From an uncultured bacterium (lineage in GTDB: Bacteria > Babelota > Babeliae > Babelales > RVW-14): a DNA stretch of 62,378 bases. The notes under the pieces are model-generated. The model was not told the origin of the DNA, did not search any database, and saw nothing but the letters and a program-made list of their open reading frames with translations. The first letter of the stretch is position 1. The number at the start of each line of letters is the position of its first letter. The stretch covers positions 1 through 62,378 of the forward strand of contig CAVXAT010000009.1 of the NCBI GenBank assembly GCA_963759805.1, given 5' to 3'. Position numbers and translations under genes: made by a program. Positions 47,700 to 57,900 of the stretch are shown piece by piece.

Positions 47700-49427
47700 A
47701 TGCCTGAATTTGTTCGGGGCCTGAAATTTTTGTGGAAAATCAAAGAATCTGATCAGGCGCAGGTTCAAAAAATAGCATACGCAAACAGTCTTAGCTTCCC
47801 AGTTGCGCAAGCGCTTTACAATCGCGGTTGTTTAAACACGGAACAAGTGCAAGCCTTTCTTTTTAGTTCGTTTGAAAAAGATGTGAGTCATCCATCCAAA
47901 TTCAAGGGGATGGAGTTGGCAGTTGCACGAATTTTGTCTGCAATTGAAAAGAATGAAAAAATTCTGATTTTTGGAGACTATGACGTTGATGGAATAACAT
48001 CAACATCACTTCTTCTTGCAGCGCTCATCCCGCTTAATGCTCAAATTAATTACTTTCTTCCAATGCGCAGTGACGGTTATGGATTGTCTACAGTTGCCGT
48101 GCAACGGGCATTTGATGCAGGTTACAAACTTATTATTACGGTAGATAATGGAATTACTGCCTTTGATGCAGCAAAAAGAGCAGAACAGCTTGGACTGGAT
48201 TTGGTTATAACGGATCACCACAGACCACATGATCATCTTCCTCATGCAGTTGCGATTATCAATCCTAACCAGGCTGGTTGCGCATACCCATTCAAAGAGT
48301 TTGCAGGTGTTGGCGTTATTTTTAAGTTAATAAGTTTGATTTATGAGTATAAAAATTTGGAACTGCCGGATAAAATTTATGAACTTCTAACGCTTGGTAC
48401 AATAGCCGACGTGACCCCGCTGATCGGTGAAAATAGATTTTGGGTAAAGTACGGGCTAAATAAAGTCAATAAAAAGCGCAGCACTGCTTTTGAGGTTTTG
48501 CGTAAAAATGCGAGCCTGAATAAATCAATTTTTAATTCACTTGATATTGGCTTCATGATTGCGCCTCAACTTAACGCCCTTGGACGACTTAGCAATCCAC
48601 GCCAAGCCGTAAGATTTTTGATAAGTTCAGATCCTGACGAAGTCGAAAGAATAGGCCAGATCTTAAAAGAGGTTAACGAGTCTCGTAAAAAAGTTGATCG
48701 ACAAATTTATGAAGAAGTTGAGTATACGATTCAAAATAAGACTATCGATTTATCTCAAGAGAACTTAATTCTGGCCGCAAGTCGGGACTGGCCCGCCGGC
48801 ATAATTGGACTTGTGGCCGGTAAACTTGCACAAAATTACGGCAAGCCTGCAATTCTCTTGCATATCGATAAAAATGGAAATGCCGCAGGTTCATGCAGAT
48901 CCGTTCCGGAGATCAATATCTTTGATGTCTTACAGGAATGCAAAGACCTGCTAATAAGTTTTGGCGGCCACTCGTTTGCCGCAGGTCTCAAAATCAAACA
49001 AGAAAATTTACCTTTATTCAAAGAGAGATTTGAAGAGATAATATTGAAAACAGTTTCCGTTGATCAGCTTGTTCCAAAGCTTGAAATTGATGGAACTGTT
49101 CAACTTCCTGAGTTAAACAAAAAACTTATTTTGGATCTTGATCAGCTTGAGCCATTTGGAAATCAAAATCCGCAACCACTTTTTTTAATTAAAAATGTTT
49201 CGCAACTCAAACCCCCGGTGTTACTGAAAGATTTGCATGTTAAATGCACAGTCTTTGCCGATGGTGTTATCAAACCTGTCATCTTTTTTAACCGTCCTGA
49301 GCTGTTTAATATTTTGTCATCTTTGGAAGACAAGCCATTTAATATTGCTGGTTATGTAACGAAAAATGAATGGGAAGGGGTTGTTCAAATCGAGTTGCAG
49401 GGCTTAGACGTAGAAATACAGCCATAA
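47700..49427 (+). CDS. recJ: ssDNA-specific exonuclease
   Basis: GDYDVDG, TVDNG, TDHH, GTIADV, GGHSFAAG, LEPFGNQNP. Confidence 0.97.
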   Translation: MPEFVRGLKFLWKIKESDQAQVQKIAYANSLSFPVAQALYNRGCLNTEQVQAFLFSSFEKDVSHPSKFKGMELAVARILSAIEKNEKILIFGDYDVDGITSTSLLLAALIPLNAQINYFLPMRSDGYGLSTVAVQRAFDAGYKLIITVDNGITAFDAAKRAEQLGLDLVITDHHRPHDHLPHAVAIINPNQAGCAYPFKEFAGVGVIFKLISLIYEYKNLELPDKIYELLTLGTIADVTPLIGENRFWVKYGLNKVNKKRSTAFEVLRKNASLNKSIFNSLDIGFMIAPQLNALGRLSNPRQAVRFLISSDPDEVERIGQILKEVNESRKKVDRQIYEEVEYTIQNKTIDLSQENLILAASRDWPAGIIGLVAGKLAQNYGKPAILLHIDKNGNAAGSCRSVPEINIFDVLQECKDLLISFGGHSFAAGLKIKQENLPLFKERFEEIILKTVSVDQLVPKLEIDGTVQLPELNKKLILDLDQLEPFGNQNPQPLFLIKNVSQLKPPVLLKDLHVKCTVFADGVIKPVIFFNRPELFNILSSLEDKPFNIAGYVTKNEWEGVVQIELQGLDVEIQP

Positions 49428-49556
49428 TGCATGTCTATTCTTTCTAGGTCAGTTAATTTGTTACTTTTTAAAAGCCCATTTCCAGAGATCGATGCATTTG
49501 TTAAACCATCTTTGAAGTATTCCAACCTGTAGCTCTTCTTTTAAAAATCTTAAAAG

Positions 49557-52370
49557 TTACAGTTGACTAAAATACTGCTCTAGATCTTTTTTTATCTTTG
49601 TATCTTTTAAATCTTCCTTGATTGAGTCAAAAAATTTTCGTGCCTCGCCTTTATTTTGCATCCCTTTAATTATCTCAGCCAGTTTTTCTTCTCCTCCTTC
49701 AGGCAATGCCTTAAATACATCTAGCGCTTTACGTCTTATATTTCTATGAGGATCCGCCAAACATTTTGATGCAGCAGCTATTGCCTCTTTTTGCCCTTGG
49801 CCTTTCTTAACCAATTCTGTAAATAAACATAGCGCTCTAATTTCCAAATCAGAATTAGACTCCGCCTCCGTCTCCGCGAAATATTTTGATGCAGCAGCTA
49901 TTGCCTCTTGATACCCTTGGCCCTTCTTAACCAATTCTGTAAATAAACATAGCGCGCTATGTCTCAAAAGCTGATTAGAAGACATTAAACATTTTGATGC
50001 AGTCTCTATTGCCTCTTGATACCCTTGGTCTTTGTCAAGCAATGCCTCAAATAAATATAGCGCGCTGTTATATTTAAAACCAATATCAGCATTCCATGCA
50101 TCTTTGGTATCTATTATCTCTTGATACCATTTTGATGCAGTCTCTATTGCCTCTTGATACCCTTGGCCTTTATCAAACAATGCTCTAAATAAATCCATTG
50201 CTCTTTCGCTCAAAGACTGCTCATGAGAGATTAAACCTTTTGATGCGGCAGTTAATATCACACTCTCATATTTTCCACTCAATTTCTCAAATACCAAAAC
50301 AACTTTGGCAAAAATATCAAGTTTTATTTCTGGATCGGGTTGGTTTTCTGCAAGACTAATGAAATATCCTTGCAACTCAGGTGCAACTTTGGTATCAGCG
50401 TGCTTAATACCATCTAAAATACTGACGATCGCGCTACTCGTGCTAACATCAAACCATGGGAGATCATAAAAATTGAGTGTTTTATTAGCTATAAACATGC
50501 CTTCTTTTATCTCTTCCTTCGCCATATTTCCCAACTTTATCCCTCGAAAGCTTGGAAGCAAATCCGAAGTCATTGGCCGCATATCAAAAGTATTTTTCAA
50601 TTTCTTTGCGAAGGTATTATATTTCTTAATAATTTCTCCATGGCCATGACTTGTTGATAATTCGAATGGAAATTCATCATCAAAACCAAGTTTTGTTAGA
50701 ATTTGGTCGCCATAATCTTTTTCATCAATTTTATCGAGTGAAACATTTAGCTCAATTTCCATTTTTAATTTTTCGGCCAGTATTGGAAGATAAGTTTTAA
50801 CAAAGTTTGGCTTTAAAATTTCATCATAAACATTTGCGGGGTTAAATAAATTGAGATTAAGTAAATAATTAAAAAGCACTATAAAGTTTTTTAGTGAAGG
50901 CTGAAGTTCGAAACAGATCCCTTCGGCGGGGATCACGGTGATGTAACCTGCTTTTTGAAGTCCGGGAGCATCCTTAAGTTTGGGCGTGACAACAATAAAG
51001 CCTTTTGTCGATTGGCACGATTCAACAGATTTTCCCCTCAGGCACTTATTATACGCTACACCAGGGATATCCGAAACAACATCCGTCCATGCATTGTGAA
51101 TTTCAATCTCTTCAACTGTTTGTGGTGTAAGATTGATTTTACTGTCTTCTTTATCTTTGATTTTCCGGTTGAATGCGGGATGATTGCTCGTCAAAAATTG
51201 CTCAAGCTTTTCATTTAATGCTTGAAGTTCAAACTTTTGTTTTAAAAAATCAGCATTAAACGCCATTGTGTCTTTGTTGTATGCCAAGATGAGCAGAAAA
51301 TTCATCATTGAGCTATCCATGCAGTCTGCAAATGTTACATTATGATGTTCCGTTCCATTAAACCAAAGAGTTGCCGTTTTGTACTCTGAGATCTTTGGAT
51401 ATTTGTCGGGCATCAGCACAAGATATACAAGCGCCTCGTAATGTTGTGGATTTTTTTCAAAAATTCCCTCAAATTTCTGCAAGGCTTCTATCATATTGTC
51501 TTTTGATTTTGGATCAAATTTATCAGCAATCCATTTATCCCAGCCAGGGGCTTGATCTTTGGAAAATATCGATGTATTTCTAACTTCCCGTGTTTTTTCA
51601 TCAAGTGCTTGATAATATTTTGCCAAATCGCCCCGGCGTGATTCGCAGCAAGCCCAAAGCAAAGCAAGAAGAGTCAGCAATGTTTCTTGCGGATTTTGTA
51701 AAAATGCCTGACGCAAAAGTTGTGCCGTATCCGCACCGCGTACTAATTTCCTACAGTTCTCTTTAAACTCACAAAACTCATTAATTAATTTTTTAAATTC
51801 GACAGCAGAAACTGCTTTTTTAGGGATCTTTACATTTTGAAGAGCTTTTTTGGATTCTGCTAGTTTCTCAAAAAAGTCTTCATCATTCACATTACTTAGC
51901 TCTGAAGCAACAGTATTTACTTTTTCAATATTAGACTCTGTTTTAAGATTGGCTGCAAGTTCCTTTAATGTGTTAAATCCTGGAAGAAGGGCAATGATTT
52001 TCCCAAGAGTTTGAACAACATCACCAGACATCTGATCTCTGATATCTTTTGTTGGGCTAAAATTCATCATTCCCGCGGTTCCGGGAGGTCGGTGAAAGAG
52101 TCTATCAATAAGATTGATTAATGCAGGCGGTTGCTCGTCGGTAATACTTAATTTACCTGTAGATTTGTCGCGGTCCCATCCCAAATCATATAACTTCATT
52201 ACCCACTCTTGTTGCCAGGCTACTGCACCGTGGAGTGGCGAAACCGGATAAAATTCCTGCTTTAAAATACTTAGAGTATCGATAAGATTGTTTTCGTTGG
52301 CCCGGACATAAAAACTTGTCTGATAAGTTAGTGAGATTATAAAAAGTAGAAATAAATAAAATCTTTTCAT
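49557..52370 (-). CDS. Large exported protein with C-terminal HEAT-like repeats (putative host-directed effector)
   Basis: Signal peptide; about five repeats of AL.LF..L..KGQGYQEAI.AASK at roughly 49720-50250. Confidence 0.75.
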   Translation of the reverse strand: MKRFYLFLLFIISLTYQTSFYVRANENNLIDTLSILKQEFYPVSPLHGAVAWQQEWVMKLYDLGWDRDKSTGKLSITDEQPPALINLIDRLFHRPPGTAGMMNFSPTKDIRDQMSGDVVQTLGKIIALLPGFNTLKELAANLKTESNIEKVNTVASELSNVNDEDFFEKLAESKKALQNVKIPKKAVSAVEFKKLINEFCEFKENCRKLVRGADTAQLLRQAFLQNPQETLLTLLALLWACCESRRGDLAKYYQALDEKTREVRNTSIFSKDQAPGWDKWIADKFDPKSKDNMIEALQKFEGIFEKNPQHYEALVYLVLMPDKYPKISEYKTATLWFNGTEHHNVTFADCMDSSMMNFLLILAYNKDTMAFNADFLKQKFELQALNEKLEQFLTSNHPAFNRKIKDKEDSKINLTPQTVEEIEIHNAWTDVVSDIPGVAYNKCLRGKSVESCQSTKGFIVVTPKLKDAPGLQKAGYITVIPAEGICFELQPSLKNFIVLFNYLLNLNLFNPANVYDEILKPNFVKTYLPILAEKLKMEIELNVSLDKIDEKDYGDQILTKLGFDDEFPFELSTSHGHGEIIKKYNTFAKKLKNTFDMRPMTSDLLPSFRGIKLGNMAKEEIKEGMFIANKTLNFYDLPWFDVSTSSAIVSILDGIKHADTKVAPELQGYFISLAENQPDPEIKLDIFAKVVLVFEKLSGKYESVILTAASKGLISHEQSLSERAMDLFRALFDKGQGYQEAIETASKWYQEIIDTKDAWNADIGFKYNSALYLFEALLDKDQGYQEAIETASKCLMSSNQLLRHSALCLFTELVKKGQGYQEAIAAASKYFAETEAESNSDLEIRALCLFTELVKKGQGQKEAIAAASKCLADPHRNIRRKALDVFKALPEGGEEKLAEIIKGMQNKGEARKFFDSIKEDLKDTKIKKDLEQYFSQL

Positions 52371-52661
52371 CGCAAGTCTCCCTTTAATATTTCCCTTAAA
52401 TCACTTTCTTTCAAAACAAACAAGCTCTTCTATTTTACAGACAAGCTTATTGAAAAAAGTTATATGAATGCAAGTTTCGAAAAACTTCTGTCATCGCAAT
52501 ATGATAATGGCCTCGTGTAGGTAAAATGAAAATATCCTCCCATTAACGCCTTCATCTCGACAAATTAATCAGATGATGTTAATTTCTTGATGTTAATTTC
52601 AGATTTGTTCAATGTTTGGCTTAAAAGTAATATTTGGCTTGAAAATAAAGAGAGGCTTCTT

Positions 52662-54194
52662 GTGAAGATCTTAAGACTTATGATTTTGAGCGTTGTATCA
52701 GTAACAATTTGTGGCTGTTTCAATTTTAGTAATCATACAAATGCAGCACAATTGAGATTTGATATTAAAAACGTTAATTTTGATCAAAACACTTTTGATT
52801 GTGTGATTCTGGGTGGTGGGATTGGTGGATTAACATCATCTATTTACATAGCAAGATCCGGGTACACGCCTGTAATAATTCAAGGTGAAATTCCAGGTGG
52901 GTTGATAACAAAATCAACAGAGATTGAAAACTGGCCTGGCGAGATAAAAATTAGTGGACAAGAACTTGCAAATAAAATTAGCAATCAGGCACTTAACCAT
53001 GGTGTAAAAATTTTGCAAGGCAGAGTGAGGGGCGTAGATTTTCAAAAATGGCCATATACCATTTATCTGGAAAGTTTAGATACGCAAGCAGTAACTGAAA
53101 TTAAAGCTTTGACGTGTATCATAACAATGGGGACAACTCCAAACTTATTGGGTGTGCCGGGAGAGGTTGGAGCTGATGGATATTTTGGTCATGGCGTTTC
53201 TACATGCGCCGTTTGCGATGGAAATCTTTATAAAAATAAAACTGTTGCCGTTGTTGGTGGAGGGGATTCTGCAGCAATTGAGGCTGTTTATCTTTCAAGA
53301 ATTGCAAAAAAAGTTTATCTGTTTGTACGTGGCGATAAGTTGAAAGCTAATTTTGCAAATCAGCAGAATATAAAATCAAAATCTAATATCGAGCTTTTAT
53401 TACAAGCAAAAATAACCAGAATTAGTGGCGATGGGCAAAAAGTTACATCGATTTCGGTTGCCGATAAAATGACAGATACAGAAAAAAATATTGAGATAGA
53501 TTGTCTGTTCTTAGCGATAGGATCAACTCCAAATTCTGAAAGTTTTAAGAAGCAATTGGCCTTAGATGAAAATGGTTATATAAGACTTTTTAATTATCAA
53601 GAGACGTCGCGCAAAGGCGTTTTTGCTGCCGGAGACATTTCTGATCCAAGATTCAAACAGGCAATCACTGCCTCCGGTGATAGCGTAAAAGCCGCATTTC
53701 AGGCAATAGATTTTTTAAATAGCATTGGACACACTCCAAAGGGTAACATCGTAACCCAGACAGAAAACCGGACAGGCAACGTAACTGATCGGTCGGTGGC
53801 TACGCAAGCGGTGGAAACATCTGAAACAGAGCAGATAATCAAAGAAAAATGTTCTAAAGAAAAAAGTAGCGTTATAAATATTGAGAACGAATATCAGTTC
53901 AAAAAAATATTGGACAAATCGGAATATGTAATTGCTGATTTTTATGGAGACTTTTGTATTCCATGCCAACAGATGATTCCCGTATTTAACAAAGTTGCAA
54001 AGACTTTTGCAGATAAGATAACTTTTGTAAAAATTAACGTTGAAAAGAATGGTACATTAGTTCAAAAAAATAAGATTACTGCCGTGCCTACGTTTATCAT
54101 TTTTAAAAACGGACAGCCTGTTAAGCAATTTACCGGAGGGCGGGGCGAGAATGTGCTAAGACAAGAGATAAGTGATATCATTTTGCAAAACTAA
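52662..54194 (+). CDS. trxB: Thioredoxin reductase fused to a C-terminal thioredoxin, with N-terminal signal-like peptide
   Basis: GGGIGG, IENWPG, STCAVCDG, GGGDSA, FAAGD; C-terminal ADFYGDFCIPC..VPTF. GTG start at 52662 behind GAGG. Confidence 0.88.
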   Translation: MKILRLMILSVVSVTICGCFNFSNHTNAAQLRFDIKNVNFDQNTFDCVILGGGIGGLTSSIYIARSGYTPVIIQGEIPGGLITKSTEIENWPGEIKISGQELANKISNQALNHGVKILQGRVRGVDFQKWPYTIYLESLDTQAVTEIKALTCIITMGTTPNLLGVPGEVGADGYFGHGVSTCAVCDGNLYKNKTVAVVGGGDSAAIEAVYLSRIAKKVYLFVRGDKLKANFANQQNIKSKSNIELLLQAKITRISGDGQKVTSISVADKMTDTEKNIEIDCLFLAIGSTPNSESFKKQLALDENGYIRLFNYQETSRKGVFAAGDISDPRFKQAITASGDSVKAAFQAIDFLNSIGHTPKGNIVTQTENRTGNVTDRSVATQAVETSETEQIIKEKCSKEKSSVINIENEYQFKKILDKSEYVIADFYGDFCIPCQQMIPVFNKVAKTFADKITFVKINVEKNGTLVQKNKITAVPTFIIFKNGQPVKQFTGGRGENVLRQEISDIILQN

Positions 54195-54216
54195 TACCAT
54201 TCGAAGTAAATTTTAT

Positions 54217-54322
54217 GCCCGCATGGTTCGATACATTTTTTTTGGCCGCTCGCCCTGAGTGCCGAGCTTTGCGAGGCGTATCGAAGGGTGCGGCCCGCAA
54301 AAAACACTCACCACGAGCGGGC
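54217..54322. repeat. Family B palindromic repeat, two nested copies in opposite orientation
   Basis: Outer GCCCGCATGGTTCGATAC...ACTCACCACGAGCGGGC; inner (54244-54295) GGCCGCTCGCCCTGAGT...GTATCGAAGGGTGCGGCC. Confidence 0.88.
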
Positions 54323-54424
54323 AAGTTTGGTGTATTAATTATGCAGAATGGTATAATTACACGGATTCCTGCACTGATTGTTGTGTTATGAGACAGGCCT
54401 CTTGTTATGAGATTTGCATATTCT

Positions 54425-54480
54425 TGGCCGCTCGTCCTGAGTAAATTTGCGTAGCAAATTTGTATCGAAGGATGCGGCCA
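54425..54480 (-). repeat. Family B palindromic repeat, single copy
   Basis: TGGCCGCTCGTCCTGAGT-AAATTTGC-GTA-GCAAATTT-GTATCGAAGGATGCGGCCA. Confidence 0.88.
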
Positions 54481-54497
54481 TACATGACATGTGTTTT

Positions 54498-54791
54498 TTA
54501 CTTTTTGAATACTTTTTTTGATAACGATGAAACCAGTCCCCAATCACCTTTTATTAAAGCCTCTTTTTTTTGTTTCGACCAGCCTTTTATTTTTCGTTCA
54601 GCGATAAACGCTTCATTTCTGCTTCCAAATGTTTGAACAAAAGCAACTTCTACGGGCAGGCGGGTTATTGTGTAACAATTTTTTATTAAGCCTTGTTGAT
54701 GTTGAGATACACGCGCTTCAATGTTATCAGTATGTCCAGTGTAGTAAGATCCATCGCTGCATTTTAAAATATATACATAAAAGTATTGCAT
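54498..54791 (-). CDS. Small stand-alone GIY-YIG nuclease (UPF0213-like)
   Basis: YVYILKCSDGSYYTGHT..IEARVSQH, EAFIAERKIKGWS..KKEALI. Confidence 0.93.
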   Translation of the reverse strand: MQYFYVYILKCSDGSYYTGHTDNIEARVSQHQQGLIKNCYTITRLPVEVAFVQTFGSRNEAFIAERKIKGWSKQKKEALIKGDWGLVSSLSKKVFKK

Positions 54792-54820
54792 ATCTTATCC
54801 ATCAATAAACTATGTTGAGT

Positions 54821-54941
54821 CCCGCTTCATCCTTCGATACGATTCCGCTCATGCTGAGTGGCAACCCGCATCCTTCGATACGCGTGCTTCGCACGCACTC
54901 AGGACGAGCGGGTTGCTGTATCGAAGCATCAGGCCGAGCGG
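54821..54941. repeat. Family B palindromic repeat, three nested copies in alternating orientation
   Basis: Inner 54865-54912 CCCGCATCCTTCGATAC-GCGTGCTTCGCACGC-ACTCAGGACGAGCGGG; middle 54845-54929 reversed; outer 54821-54941. Confidence 0.85.
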
Positions 54942-54999
54942 TTTATAGGGTGAGTGCACTTAACTACTAAATTATTTATTCAAGCGCTCTCTGAGATCA

Positions 55000-57900
55000 T
55001 TACATCCCATCCCAGTAATCCCATGATGGATATGGTTCTACTCGGTCGTAATCTTCAAATAGTGGCTCTTTAAATAGAATTCCAAAGTAATTAGGTAATG
55101 TGACTGACTCGAGAAGTTTTAAGGCTGCCGTGAAATCATCCCTATTTCCAAATCTTACCACGATATCCGAATCTGGGTCTTTTAGGACCATTTCAAGCGT
55201 GGCTATCAAACGTACAAATAACTTGGCGCCAAATCTTTGTTCTTCAGCTCCCTCATAGAGTTTGTAAACCCGTCCATGATCATTGTACTGATGTACAATT
55301 TTTTTACTTTTAGAATTAGAGTTGAAGTTAGAATTTTGGTTGCTACCATTTTTTCCTGGTTCGGCGTTTTCTCTTAAATCGTATAAACCGTTTTTCTTTG
55401 CATCATTAACTTGCCAGTTATAAAACGATTGCCAACAAGTGCTTTTGCCCATTTTCTCCCACAAAATGGACGTTGTGATAACAGTCGAGCTATCATGTTC
55501 TGCCTGATATTTTCTGACAAGCAGGCTAATTGTTGATCCACCATATTTGTGCAGCTTAAGTTCATTCAGATCACAATCAAATTGGTAAAGGCAACTATTT
55601 GTGCTTTCAGCTTTCCAATCGATTCGATATGGAAGATCTGTAAATTGAACAAATGTTCCGGGAGATTTGGATGGTTGTTGTGTGTTAACAAGATTAAGCA
55701 TTTTAAAGTTGTTTAAATCTTCGGAGACTATATCTGATTCCCAAGTTGGAAATAACCTTTGGAAAAGGTAAAAACAGCCATTTTCTCCATGTGTTAAAAA
55801 ACATGGAATTATTTTGAAAAATTCTCTGTCCAGATTAATGCTGGAATAGTATTCTTTGTTTGCGGATAAAAGATTGATAATCGAGGCATACCAGTTTGCG
55901 CGTAACATTCTTAAAAATGGGGTTAATGAATGATCGCAGCGACACTCTGGTTCGAACATGAATTGTATTTTAACTTCGAAATTAAGATCAGTAGATAAAT
56001 TTAAATTACAAGCGATAGAGTCTTGTTGTAAATTGGCAACTGGAAGATTGCCAACATTCTGCCACAAGTCATTTAGATACTGATTTTTAATCTTGGTTGT
56101 AAACAGGTCCTGCAGTACATCAAAAAAGGCAGCTAGTCGCTTAAAGGAGAACAGCTGAATATTAACAAATGATTTTGAAGAACCATAAACTTTATCAAGA
56201 GAATCAATCTCACGATTAAGCTTATGTCTGATTAGATTTTGTAAAAAGTCTGATTCAATAAGATTTTTATTATTTTGTAGCTCATCAAGAAGAAGTTTTG
56301 TTATCTCAGCAAACGAGAGTCCATTTAAATTATCTACTTTGCGTTGAACTATCAATTTAAACAGTGCAATTCTCAGGGCTGTCTCGTACTGTATTGATTT
56401 GTAAATTTTAAGGCTCGATTCGTTTGTTAATAGACAGTTTAAAAGCTCTCCACCACTTGTAAAAGCTTTATAAAAACTGTAATTTGGATCGGCGTCAGGA
56501 TAGAGGAGTCCCATTTGTTGTAACAGATAATTAACCCGCAAATTTTCACGTGATGAACGAGGATACATACTTAAAAAATCAACAAAAACTACGTTTTGGA
56601 TATCTTTATCTTTTAACTTTTTGACAAGATCATCAAGAAAAGTTTTATACTGTAAAGGCAACTTTACTCCCAGATTGAAAATCATCTGCTCTGATTCAAT
56701 GTTTTTTAATCCCTCAGATTTTACATTTTCAAGCTTCTTCAGAAGCCTAATCTCATAAGTTTGCTTTGAGTTAAAAATAAAATGCTGATCTTGATATGAG
56801 AAAGGCACGAATTTATTGATATTAATCTTTTTGAGTAAAATATTATTTTTTACAAACCAGTACTCAGGTTTATTTATATCGTTTAATTCAGGATCTAAAA
56901 AACCTTTTGTTTTAATAATATTCTGAACATACTCAGTTAACTTGGAATACTGTTCACGCAGCTTTTTATAATTCTGCTTAACAAACGTACGAATATTTTT
57001 AACTTGTTGTTTATTAAGTTCATTTTCATTAAGTTCATTTTCGATATCTGTGTACACAAAACCATCCGGTTTGTAGGTAAAATGACTTATCTGGGCGGGA
57101 AGATCTGCAATATAGACATTGGGACTAAATTCAAAAAGTTCAGCTAACTGGGATGAAGTGTTGTCGACGTGTCCGAATGAATCAGTGTCATTACCATATT
57201 TCATCCAATTTTTGATATTACCAAGCATCGTGCTTTTCCCGACACCATCGACAAAACTGCAGAAAATATAAACAGTTTTTTGATCATTTATAGCAATAAG
57301 CTTTTTAGCCAGCTTTGGGACAAATTTTTGGGCATGTAAAGTTACCTCTTTTTTCTGTTTGCATGAGATCTCAATTGGATAAGTTAGGTCAGGGCCTGTG
57401 AAAATTTTCAGGACGGGAATTTTTGAATTGATTAGGCCTTTTATGTGTTCGATAGAAAACAGGATATCCTGTGTTCCTCCAATCTGCTTGTTTGCGGTTT
57501 TTAATCCATGGGTGTAAAGAGTTTCCCAAAATGTTACTAGATTTTTTAAAATCCCATCAATATCTTTGGCTATATATTTTTTTACAACTGATTTATATGC
57601 CTGTGTAATCAGATCTAGTGACTCTTCAAATGCATGTTCCTGAAATAGTTCCGCGCGGTCATCAAAGATTGGAATGGTGTCAACATCAATGTGTTCAAAA
57701 ACCGGCTCTATCCCAGGATAGATTTTCTCGGACACTTTATTAAAATCTTTAAACAGGTAAGCGGTCATGAATCCGAAGCGATTATGGAGTTGCTCTGACC
57801 ATCCAGCCTTTGTTTTCACGACCATCTCATCATCAATTTGTGGCCGTGTGAAATCTGTGTAATAATTGGGAAAGGCATTCTCTTCATACCCCAAAATGAT

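Noticed and set aside
54178..54543. ORFs 54178-54543 (-) and 54259-54444 (+)
   Set aside because: They are built largely from GC-rich palindromic repeats and are probably spurious.
54217..54941. CRISPR array
   Set aside because: Repeats are nested and inverted, their variable parts are self-complementary hairpins rather than regular spacers, and no cas genes are present.
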